The notes below the pieces were generated by a model. It was not told the origin of the DNA, searched no databases, and saw only the letters and a program-made list of their open reading frames with translations. Below, one piece after another: positions 1 to 8,356 of a stretch of 64,000 nt of DNA. Source of the stretch: Deltaproteobacteria bacterium (GTDB lineage Bacteria > Myxococcota_A > Polyangia > Polyangiales > Houyiibacteriaceae). The translations under genes and the position numbers were made by a program. The stretch lies in assembly GCA_034670305.1 (NCBI GenBank), contig JAXMNT010000015.1:32001-96000 (forward strand), read 5' to 3'. The number at the start of each line of letters is the position of its first letter. The first letter of the stretch is position 1.

Positions 1-1
1 G

Positions 2-145
2 GAGCTGAGGTTTCGCGACGTGGGGGACACGCCCTACCCGCTGGCTCAACTTCGCCGGTGTCTGCTTCCAGGCATGACCTCGGTGCCGACCGTTCTGAAC
101 GCGGATCCGCTGACCGTCTCGTTCCGATTCGAGCTGACCCGCTAA
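2..145 (+). CDS. 3' end of a CDS running in from the left edge (hypothetical)
   Basis: Open frame from base 2, ELRFRDVGDTPYPLAQLRRCLLPG...LTVSFRFELTR, ending TAA at 143-145. Confidence 0.5.
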   Translation, partial: ELRFRDVGDTPYPLAQLRRCLLPGMTSVPTVLNADPLTVSFRFELTR

Positions 146-152
146 CAGTACT

Positions 153-195
153 GCTGCGGTTCCCACAGCCAGCACTGCGATTCCAGAGGCCAGCA
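153..195 (-). repeat. Degenerate copies of a dispersed 21-bp repeat (CTGTGGGAACCGCAGCGCCGG family)
   Basis: 153-170 is the exact reverse complement of 47675-47692 (18/18). A decayed second unit follows at 172-192. Confidence 0.7.
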
Positions 196-361
196 CCGCG
201 ACGCGGCAATCTGCCGCGGCATTTCGGGCCGGCCGCCGAACCACCGCGCCCACACCATTGGAACTGGCGCAGATCCCTCGCGAAGCCGGGGGCTCGGAGA
301 CGGCATGGCATTCGCAGTTGGGGGAGGCATCCCAACCCCTCTCCCCTTCTTGGAGCCCACC

Positions 362-1174
362 ATGCGCGCACAATCCTTCTCGGTCCCCACCTCCATGGAT
401 CGCTACCGCGCGTCGCTCGATCGCATCGTCAAGCTGACGCCAGCCGCCGAACTCGAACTCGCCCGCCGGTTCACCGAAGGCGATGAGCGCGCCGGACACC
501 AGCTCGTCGAAGCCAGCCTGCCCTTCGTCATCCGCGTCGCACGTGAGTACCGCCGCTGGGGCGTGCCGCTCGAAGATCTCGTGCAGCAGGGCAACCTCGG
601 TTTGCTCAAAGCCGCCCGCAAGTTCGACCCCGCCAAGGAGTGTCGGCTCGTGACCTACGCGTCCTACTGGATCCGCGCGGAGATCCGCGAGTACGTGGTG
701 CGCGCCTACCGCATCGTCCGGCTTGGCAGCACCCGCACCGAACGGCGCGCGATGCGGGCCTTCCGCCGCAAGGGGGTCGCCAACGCGAAAGAGCTGGCGG
801 AGATCTCCGGCATGCCGCAGGCGCGCGCCGACAAACTCTGGCCGCTCCTCACCGCGTCCGACGTCTCACTCGACGCCGTCTACGACGACCGCCCCACCGG
901 CAGCGACCGCCTCCCCGACCCGCACTGCGAAGACCCGGAGTCCTTGTGCGCGCGTCGAGAAGCGGTGAACGGCGTCCGTGCCGCGCTGGGTCCCGCGCTC
1001 GCGGAGCTGACCGAACGGGAACAGCGGATCGTGCAAGCCCGCATGCTGACCGACGAACCCACCACCCTCGAACAACTCGGCCAAGAGATGGGCGTCAGCA
1101 AAGAACGTGTCCGCCAGCTCGAAGTCCGCGCCAAAGGCAAACTCCGCGTCTCCCTCGCCGCCTTCGCGGCCTGA
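362..1174 (+). CDS. RNA polymerase sigma factor, sigma-70 family, RpoH/sigma-32-like
   Basis: Region 2 DLVQQGNLGLLKAARKFDP...TYASYWIRAEI, RpoH-box-like VRLGST, region 4 TLEQLGQEMGVSKERVRQLE. GGAG precedes ATG 362. Confidence 0.92.
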   Translation: MRAQSFSVPTSMDRYRASLDRIVKLTPAAELELARRFTEGDERAGHQLVEASLPFVIRVAREYRRWGVPLEDLVQQGNLGLLKAARKFDPAKECRLVTYASYWIRAEIREYVVRAYRIVRLGSTRTERRAMRAFRRKGVANAKELAEISGMPQARADKLWPLLTASDVSLDAVYDDRPTGSDRLPDPHCEDPESLCARREAVNGVRAALGPALAELTEREQRIVQARMLTDEPTTLEQLGQEMGVSKERVRQLEVRAKGKLRVSLAAFAA

Positions 1175-1197
1175 GAGTCGGGAAATCGCCCGCGAAA

Positions 1198-1561
1198 CGG
1201 AACCGGAAGCGGAAGCGGAAGCGGAAGCGGTAGCGGTAGCGGTAGCGGTAGCGGTAGCGGAAGCGGAAGCGGAGTCGGAAGCGGTAGCGGCTTGGGAGTC
1301 GGTAGCGGCTTCGGTAGCGGCTTCGGATTCGGCTTCGGATTCGGATTCGGGGTCGGCTTCGGCGTCGGCTTCGGCATCGGCTTCGGGATCGGCTTCGGCG
1401 TCGGCTTCGGGATCGGCTTCGGATTCGGGGTCGGCCTCGGGGTCGGGGGTCGGCTTCGGCTTCGGCTTCGGGGTCGGCTTCGGCGCCGGCTTCGGGGTCG
1501 GCATCGGGGTCTCGGCTTCGATCCGTAAGGGCAAGGGCAAGGGCAAGGGCACGGGCAAGGG
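1198..1561 (+). repeat. Hexamer tract T1: (CGGAAG/CGGTAG)n, then (TCGGNN)n, then (GGGCAM)6
   Basis: CGG recurs every 6 nt from about 1198 to 1520, followed by six GGG runs at 1529-1561. Lies between convergent genes. Confidence 0.95.
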
Positions 1562-1563
1562 TG

Positions 1564-2853
1564 TTACCCCACGATCCCCAGCGCCACCGCCGCCGCGAGC
1601 AGCGCGCCGCACGCGAGCAGGCCCCAGAAGAAGAAGCGCATCATCGTGCCGAGCTCGGTGCGCAGCGCGTCCTGCTCGGCGCGGCGCACCGTCTCCTTGC
1701 CGAACGTCCGCTCGAGTTCGGCGCGGGCCTCGCGCCGCTCCTCCGCGTCCATCGGATCGGATCCGGCGAGGTGGTAGAGGTGGTGCTGCACCTCGTGGTC
1801 GATCGTCTCTTCGATCTCCGCGTCGACGTCGTACGGGGCCTCTTCGAACATGGAGCGAAAGGTCCGGTAGTAGAGCGTGATCTCGAACCGCACCGAGGTG
1901 AACGTCGGCCCGTCGTTGTCGTAGATCGGTTGGTAGCTCCCGAGCAGCGGTTCGCCGCCATCGTCGACCGCCGGCACCCCGTCCTCCACCACCAGCACGA
2001 GCCCGCCGACGTCGCGCGCGCGGTACACCTGGTCCGCGATCGCAACCGAGCGCTGCGAGAACGCGTCGAAGGAGGGGAACGTGGCCGAGTCTCGGTCGGC
2101 GTCCGCGAGCGGCGCCCACGATCCTTCCAACTCGCGCAGCGAGGGGGTCGGGAGATCGTGGATGGCTTCGCAGTGCCGGCACCGCACCGGCACGCTGCAT
2201 CGGAGTGGGTACGTGCGGTCCTCGTAGTGCGCGCTCAGCACGTCGATGAGATCGTCGGAGGCGTCCGAAAGCAGCCGCGCGAGTTCGGCCGGATCTCGGA
2301 GGCGGCCGCGGGTGGTGTGCATCGAGACGATGCCGAGGCCGCAGACGATCGCCGGCGTGATCGCCGCGGGTGGGTCGGCTTCGACGAACTCGAAGAGCGC
2401 GATCGCATCGACCACATCGACCGCGCGGCACTCGACTTCGAGCACCCCGTCGATCGGCGTGTCGAGACTCAGCAGCAGCGGCGCGGTTTCTTCTTCGTCC
2501 GGGTGGGCGGGGGTGAGCAGCGGTTCGAGCAGCGCGTCGGCCGCGGGGCGCGGAAGTCGTTTGCCGCAGTTGCGGCAGCGGTGCGGGGCCGGCCGTTCGC
2601 GCGCCAGCACGCCGCACCGCTCGGCGAGATCCCGGACCAGATGAAAGTCGCTGACCGGCAACGCATCGAGCGACGACACGCCATCGATCCGCACCGCGCC
2701 GCGATCGAACGCGTGGAAGAAGCGACCGGCGAACCGGCGGCGGCCACCGACCACATCGTCGGCGAAGGGCCGCTCCGGTAGCGCGAGTCGAACCTCGAGC
2801 GTCGAGCCGTCGACCCGGGTCAGCGTGTGGGTGAGCGCCGGTGCGACGGTCAT
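1564..2853 (-). CDS. Hypothetical protein with two CxxC motifs, a C-terminal minimal zincin-like metallopeptidase domain and a terminal TM helix
   Basis: CRNC and CRHC; LLGSY...ITLYYRTF...EIEETIDHEVQHH (HExxH); hydrophobic C-terminus. Start chosen at MTVAPAL. Confidence 0.75.
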   Translation of the reverse strand: MTVAPALTHTLTRVDGSTLEVRLALPERPFADDVVGGRRRFAGRFFHAFDRGAVRIDGVSSLDALPVSDFHLVRDLAERCGVLARERPAPHRCRNCGKRLPRPAADALLEPLLTPAHPDEEETAPLLLSLDTPIDGVLEVECRAVDVVDAIALFEFVEADPPAAITPAIVCGLGIVSMHTTRGRLRDPAELARLLSDASDDLIDVLSAHYEDRTYPLRCSVPVRCRHCEAIHDLPTPSLRELEGSWAPLADADRDSATFPSFDAFSQRSVAIADQVYRARDVGGLVLVVEDGVPAVDDGGEPLLGSYQPIYDNDGPTFTSVRFEITLYYRTFRSMFEEAPYDVDAEIEETIDHEVQHHLYHLAGSDPMDAEERREARAELERTFGKETVRRAEQDALRTELGTMMRFFFWGLLACGALLAAAVALGIVG

Positions 2854-2905
2854 GTGCGCGCGTCCTCCCACGCGTCCTCGGGGGTCGTCCGGTGCACCGC
2901 GGCGC

Positions 2906-3652
2906 TCATCGGGGCGCGGCCTCGCGGATGGCCCGCACGGTCTCGTCGGTGGTGCCGCAGCAGCCGCCCACGCCCGCCACCCCGCCGGCGAAGGCGCGCG
3001 CCGCCCACGCGGGCACGTCGAAGTCTTCGGTGCCGACGTCGTCCGGGCGCCACGCCCCGGGAAGGATCGCGAACACCGGCACCGTGGCGACTTCGGACAT
3101 CGCGAGGGCCGCCTCGGCACAGGCCGCCGGGCTCACGCCACAGTTCGCCGCGATCGCGACTGCACCCGAAGCGCTGAGTGCCCGCGCCACCTCGTCCGGC
3201 GGCGGCGCGCCCGGCAAGAAGCAGAACGACGCGACCACCTCGAAGCCGGCCGTTCGCGCGGTGTCGATGGCGCGCAGGTGCGCCGCGAGATCGGTGAACG
3301 ACTCGATCAAGAGCGCCTCGACCCCCGTGTCTCGGAACGCGTCGATCGCGCCGGACAACGAACGCGCGCCCGGTCCCATCGATCCCCAGATCCGCGCGCT
3401 CCCGGCATCCCGATCACCCCACGCCCCGCGGGCGAGCGCGGTGGCCGCCTGCGCCAGCCGAGCGCCGTCGTCGCGCGCCGCGATCATGAACGTGTTCGTC
3501 TTCGTGACTTCGGCGCCCGCGTGAAGGTGCGCTTCGTGGAGCGCCCGCACGCGGTCCGGCGCGGTCCAGCAGAGCGCGTCGGTCGGCGCGCCGTCCGAGC
3601 CGAGCGCGGTGCCGATCGCGGCGTCGAGCACACGCGGAGGAACGAAGGTCAC
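2906..3652 (-). CDS. Homocysteine S-methyltransferase family protein
   Basis: VLDAAIGTAL, PDRVRALH...AGAEVTKTNTF, LLIESF, AANC, GVGGCCGTT (Zn-binding Cys). GTG start inferred. Confidence 0.85.
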   Translation of the reverse strand: MTFVPPRVLDAAIGTALGSDGAPTDALCWTAPDRVRALHEAHLHAGAEVTKTNTFMIAARDDGARLAQAATALARGAWGDRDAGSARIWGSMGPGARSLSGAIDAFRDTGVEALLIESFTDLAAHLRAIDTARTAGFEVVASFCFLPGAPPPDEVARALSASGAVAIAANCGVSPAACAEAALAMSEVATVPVFAILPGAWRPDDVGTEDFDVPAWAARAFAGGVAGVGGCCGTTDETVRAIREAAPR

Positions 3653-3672
3653 GGTCGGAAACGAAGGAGCAG

Positions 3673-4782
3673 TCAGCCGCCCGGCATCGCGCCGTTCATG
3701 ATCCACTCGCGAATCGGTTCGAGCACCTCGGCCGGGAGACCGGAGTCGCTGGCGTTCTGCGGCATCGGACGACCGCAGTCGGGTTCCGACCCGAGTTTCA
3801 AGAAGAACGCGCTCATGTCGGGTTGGTTCGGGACGATCAGCATGCGGTCGGCAACCGTACTCGGGCACCCCACAAACTCCCGTTGTTCTGCGGGCTGGTT
3901 GACGAGGGCCATGAGCACCGCAGCCGGGTCGCAGTCGAGATCAGAGGGGCGGTCGCCATCCGCCACCGTTGGATCGCCGCACAAGTCGAGCTCTTGCAGT
4001 TCGGCATCCGGGCCGAAGTTGTCGTTGCCGTTGCCGAGATGACACGCGAGGCAGAGCGGCTCGATGACCTTCTCGAAGATGGAGTTCCAGTTCGGATCGG
4101 GTGGGTCGACCGCGCCCGCGCGGTAGATGCAGTCCACCGGTTGGAACACGTCGATGGTCTCGTCGCCGCAGTAGGTGCCCGCGCGGGTGGTCGCATCGGG
4201 CGGCTCGAGCGCACGCTCCACGACCGGAGAGCCGGAGGCGAGCCAGTTGCGCAGGATTTCACGACCTTCCGCAGTCTCGATGCCAGGCATGGGATCGACG
4301 TAGTCGTCCAGCAGAGTCCCAAAGGTGTCCGGCTGTAGGCCGAAGTAGTACTCGGTCTCGCCCTGGACCGACCCCTCGGGCGGCATCGAGCCGTCCTTCA
4401 CGGTGCGCCAGATCTCGTTTCGGAAGTCGTGCGTCCGTGTCTGGCTCTCGTACAGGGTCGCGAGGCGCGCGTCCGCGCTCGGGCAATCGTCTTCGTCGAT
4501 GCAGTCGCACCCTGGCTGACCGGGGAAACAGGCGATGGCCACGTCGAAGTCCAGGCCGCCCGGGGCGCCGCCGCGGGCTTCGCCAGTCGCGCCCGCGGTG
4601 TGACAGAAGCTCGCGTCGCTGCAGGACTGGTACAGCAAGGCCTGCCCCGCAGTCATGGGGACGCCCAGGTTGCCGGTCCGAGCTTCAAACACGATCTGGC
4701 CGGCGAGGGCTCGGTCCGGTTCGCCGATTTCGGGCACACAGGCAGCCATCCACAGGACCGGGAGCGCCAGCAGGATTCGCAT
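3673..4782 (-). CDS. Putative c-type cytochrome lipoprotein (probably diheme)
   Basis: Lipobox MAAC; CSDASFCH followed by GSMPP; CLACH followed by GRPMP and IREWIMNGA. Confidence 0.7.
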   Translation of the reverse strand: MRILLALPVLWMAACVPEIGEPDRALAGQIVFEARTGNLGVPMTAGQALLYQSCSDASFCHTAGATGEARGGAPGGLDFDVAIACFPGQPGCDCIDEDDCPSADARLATLYESQTRTHDFRNEIWRTVKDGSMPPEGSVQGETEYYFGLQPDTFGTLLDDYVDPMPGIETAEGREILRNWLASGSPVVERALEPPDATTRAGTYCGDETIDVFQPVDCIYRAGAVDPPDPNWNSIFEKVIEPLCLACHLGNGNDNFGPDAELQELDLCGDPTVADGDRPSDLDCDPAAVLMALVNQPAEQREFVGCPSTVADRMLIVPNQPDMSAFFLKLGSEPDCGRPMPQNASDSGLPAEVLEPIREWIMNGAMPGG

Positions 4783-5012
4783 AGCCCGAAGCTTGTCGGC
4801 TCGGTCGGGCGAGGGTCAAGCCTTGGATGCGACGCGCCTTCTTCCGAGCCACGACCGCGACCGAACGCCGCCGGACCGACGACCATCGGCCCTTTCAATT
4901 GTGCAAGCACCCGACGATCCGAAGGCGCCCGCCCTCGATCGTATGGCCGACCGCCCACACGAGCGCCCGCGAACGTGCTTCGCGCCTAAAAACCAAGGCA
5001 AAACGTCATGGT

Positions 5013-7037
5013 ATGCAGATTGCGTACAAGTCTGCCGTGACGACCACCTTCACCCGCAACTTTCCCGCGCTGACCCAGAAGCAGCTCGACGAGACCGGAC
5101 GTCGTCTCAACCTTCCGGCCTCCAACGAGACCGAGTTGGACCGCCGGCGGATCTCCGCGGCGATCCTGACCTCGGTCGTGCTGGCGATCCCCGTCGCCAT
5201 CGAACACGTCGTGATGGACATGTGGCCCATCACCGTGGCGATCGCGGCGACGGCCGCACTCGGTCTCGCCATGTGGTGGGCCATCCGCCGAGGCGCCGAC
5301 GCCAAGCGGTGTGGCGAGGTCGCGCTCCTCGGACTCTTCGCCCTCATTCTCGGTGGGCTCGCCTACACCGGCGGCTTCCGACACGCCGGCGGCTGGCTCT
5401 GCGTGTTGCCCGTCGCGGCCACAGTGCTCCTCGGCCGCGCTGTCGCGACCCGGTGGACCGTGTTCACTGCCCTCGGGGCGGTCGCCTTCTACGCCGCGGA
5501 TGTCGCCGGTTGGGTGACGCCGCGCAGCGATGCCCAGACCCACTCGGGACACATTCTCGCTGGGCAGGTTGCCGCCATCCTCGTCATCGCGGGTTTGATG
5601 CATCTGTTCGCCCGCGCGCAGCGCGCGCTCCATCAGGCCGCGCTCGACGCCAACCGCGCACTCGAACAGCAGAAAGACCGGTTGCGCCTGCTGGCGCTCC
5701 TCGACCCGCTCACCGCGCTGCCGAACCGGCACCTCTTCGATCGTTGTCTGACCCGCGCGCTCGAGTGCAGCGGCGCGGCCGTGGTCTACATCGACCTGGA
5801 CGGTTTCAAAGACGTCAACGACAGTCACGGACACGCCGCCGGCGACGAAATGCTCCGCCAGGTCTCGGCCCGCCTCGAACGCCTCGTCGTGGGCAGCACC
5901 CCCGCGCTGGACGAATTGGATGGCCTGTACGTCGGCCCGCTCGTGTCTCGCCGCAGCGGCGACGAGTTCACGATCATGCTCCCGCGGCTCTCGCGCGCCG
6001 ACGTCGAGATGCTCTTGCCCCGGCTGCGCGCGATCTTCGCGCGCCCCTTCGGACTCCACGGTTCGCCGGTCCGTGTGCGCTGCAGCATGGGCGTCGCGAT
6101 GCTCGACCAGGGCGAGTCGACCGAGTCCGCGCTGTTGCGTTCGGACGCGGCGCTCTACCGCGCCAAACGCAGCCACACCGGCGGCGACGTCGCGTTCTTC
6201 GACGAAGCCGAGTACGCGTCCCAGCGGCGTGCCCGCGTCCTGCGCGAGGGCCTCCGGGGCGCCGCCACCCGTGGAGAACTCGAAGTCGTGTATCAGCCAC
6301 TGCACACGGTCGGCGGCCGACTCGTCGGCGCCGAAGCGCTCCTGCGTTGGGAGAGCCCTCTGCTCGGATCGATCTCGCCGGTGGAGTTCATTCCGATCGC
6401 GGAGGAGAGTGGCGTGATCGTGGACGTCGGCGCGTGGGTGCTGCAGCAAGCGTGTCATGAGGCGGCGAGCTGGCCCGGCGACGTGCGCGTCTCGGTCAAT
6501 GTCTCGGCCGTGCAGCTCGACGATCCCTCGTTTGTCCAGCGGGTCGCCAAGGCGCTCGCCTCCAGCGGGCTGCCAGCCGACCGGCTCGAACTCGAGGTCA
6601 CCGAGTCGGTCGCCGCGCGCGACCTCTCGTCGATGATCGACGTGCTCGACGCCCTTCGGGAGCTCGGGGTCGGCCTCGCGCTCGACGACTTCGGCACCGG
6701 CTACTCCTCGCTCGGCTACCTCCGAAAGCTCCCGGTGGAGCGCTTGAAGATCGACCGCTCGTTCGTGAACACGATGCTCGAAGACGAGAGCGACGCGGCT
6801 GTTGTCCGGGCCATCATCGCGCTCGCCAAGGCGCTTCGACTCGAAGTGTTGGCCGAAGGCGTCGAGACGGACGCGCAGCGCGACGCACTCACCCGCATGG
6901 GGTGCGATGAACTCCAGGGCTGGCTCCTGGGACGGCCCGCCCACGCATCCGCGATGTTGCGCCGCGCCCGGGAGGCGGTGGGCGCGGAGTGCTCGGGCGT
7001 GCGTCTGTCCGATCCCCCAGTGGCGATGGCCAACTGA
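5013..7037 (+). CDS. Membrane-anchored GGDEF-EAL protein (c-di-GMP turnover)
   Basis: Several TM helices; DPLTALPNR, DLDGFKDVND, SGDEF; EAL domain with EALLRW, ELEVTES, DDFGTGYSS, LKID, AEGVE, LQGW. Confidence 0.95.
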   Translation: MQIAYKSAVTTTFTRNFPALTQKQLDETGRRLNLPASNETELDRRRISAAILTSVVLAIPVAIEHVVMDMWPITVAIAATAALGLAMWWAIRRGADAKRCGEVALLGLFALILGGLAYTGGFRHAGGWLCVLPVAATVLLGRAVATRWTVFTALGAVAFYAADVAGWVTPRSDAQTHSGHILAGQVAAILVIAGLMHLFARAQRALHQAALDANRALEQQKDRLRLLALLDPLTALPNRHLFDRCLTRALECSGAAVVYIDLDGFKDVNDSHGHAAGDEMLRQVSARLERLVVGSTPALDELDGLYVGPLVSRRSGDEFTIMLPRLSRADVEMLLPRLRAIFARPFGLHGSPVRVRCSMGVAMLDQGESTESALLRSDAALYRAKRSHTGGDVAFFDEAEYASQRRARVLREGLRGAATRGELEVVYQPLHTVGGRLVGAEALLRWESPLLGSISPVEFIPIAEESGVIVDVGAWVLQQACHEAASWPGDVRVSVNVSAVQLDDPSFVQRVAKALASSGLPADRLELEVTESVAARDLSSMIDVLDALRELGVGLALDDFGTGYSSLGYLRKLPVERLKIDRSFVNTMLEDESDAAVVRAIIALAKALRLEVLAEGVETDAQRDALTRMGCDELQGWLLGRPAHASAMLRRAREAVGAECSGVRLSDPPVAMAN

Positions 7038-7088
7038 AGACCGTCCAGGAATCTCGCCACACACGGCACTGGAGGCTATCGTCCCGGC

Positions 7089-8348
7089 GTGTCGCGTTCG
7101 AGTTGGCCAGCACCGGGTGTCGTCGTGTGGGGGGAAGCCGCCGGCGGCGTACGTTTCGGCATCCGCACCCCACCGGGTGAGGTGGAAGCGGGCGGAAGCC
7201 TCTTGCTCGATTTGGTCTGCGAGAACCGGAGCCCACAACCCGTGTTCGTGTTCGGGTTCCAGCCCGGCTACCCGCGCTCTTTGCGGGTCTCGCCCCCGAA
7301 GGCCCACCGGCCGTTCATCCGGGTGTCCTTCGGCGATGTGAACGTGCTGCATCCGCCCGAGGCGTTCGTGCGGCTCTTGCCCTCGGCCACCATCACCACC
7401 ACGCTCGATCTCTCCTTCGCCTTCGACCGCCGCGGCGCGGGTTCCTGGGACGTGGCGTTCGCGTACGACGGAGTACGCGCGAGCGGACGCATGGAGCCCT
7501 ACGTCCCGGACCGCGAAGTCGGCACCGGTGTCGCACGCCTCCTCGTGACGACCGCGCGTTCGCTTCGCGAAGCCGGCATCGACGAGACCGTCGAAGAGGC
7601 GCTCGACGCCGCGTTGCTTGGTGGACACGCGGACACGGTCGACCGGCTGCGGCACTACGGCATCGGCGGCGCGAAGTTCGCGGCGAGGCGCGTCGCACGC
7701 ATCCTCTCCCCGGGTGGCGAATCGACCGTCGGCTGGCGCGCGCTCGACGCGCTCGCACTTCTCGGCGACTTCGGTCTTCAAGCGCTCATCGAGACCCGCA
7801 CCCAGTTGCCGCACGCCGAGACCGCGCTCGCATTCGGCGAAGCCTGGCTGCGTCACCGACGGGGCGATGGACCGGCCCCCGGCGATCTCCGGTTCTTCAC
7901 CCAGCTCGACCGGGTGGTGAGCCAACCCGATCAGCGCGGCAACTTCCTCGTGACCTGGACCCCGGTGGACTCGGAGATCCACGGCAGTCGGCGCCTGCAG
8001 CTCTTTGGCAACGGCGAACGCATCGTGACCGCGCGTCCCCCGGGCGCCGTCGTCGGCGCGACCCGCCGAAGTTTTCTCAACGCCATGCAGCTCCAAGCAG
8101 TGGTCGAAGCCCTGCGCTTCGGCGCGGTGTGGCTGTTGCGACCGCTCCGCGAGATGGGGCTTCCCGACGAACCGCGCCCCACCCTGGAAGTGCAGCTCGG
8201 TCTCGGGGAAGTGTTCTCGCGTCAGATCGCGATGTGGAACGGCGAGTGGCGCCTCGGCCCCGCGAGCCAGCTCGCCGAACTGCTCGACCGCTTGAGCCGC
8301 GACGCGTCGCCGGACTCGGTCATGCCGCCCGCGTACTCGCAGTCCTGA
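7089..8348 (+). CDS. Hypothetical protein
   Basis: 419-aa ORF with typical codon usage and GGAGG upstream. No family recognised. Confidence 0.7.
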   Translation: MSRSSWPAPGVVVWGEAAGGVRFGIRTPPGEVEAGGSLLLDLVCENRSPQPVFVFGFQPGYPRSLRVSPPKAHRPFIRVSFGDVNVLHPPEAFVRLLPSATITTTLDLSFAFDRRGAGSWDVAFAYDGVRASGRMEPYVPDREVGTGVARLLVTTARSLREAGIDETVEEALDAALLGGHADTVDRLRHYGIGGAKFAARRVARILSPGGESTVGWRALDALALLGDFGLQALIETRTQLPHAETALAFGEAWLRHRRGDGPAPGDLRFFTQLDRVVSQPDQRGNFLVTWTPVDSEIHGSRRLQLFGNGERIVTARPPGAVVGATRRSFLNAMQLQAVVEALRFGAVWLLRPLREMGLPDEPRPTLEVQLGLGEVFSRQIAMWNGEWRLGPASQLAELLDRLSRDASPDSVMPPAYSQS

Positions 8349-8356
8349 TCGCGGGG

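Noticed and set aside
1107-1880. ORFs made of SA, EA, GF, PK or RL dipeptide repeats that resemble serine-rich adhesins (also near 10.2, 17.3, 19.5, 46.2 and 54.6 kb)
   Set aside because: They are translations of the hexamer DNA tracts, open in most frames, with no signal peptide or RBS and overlapping real genes.
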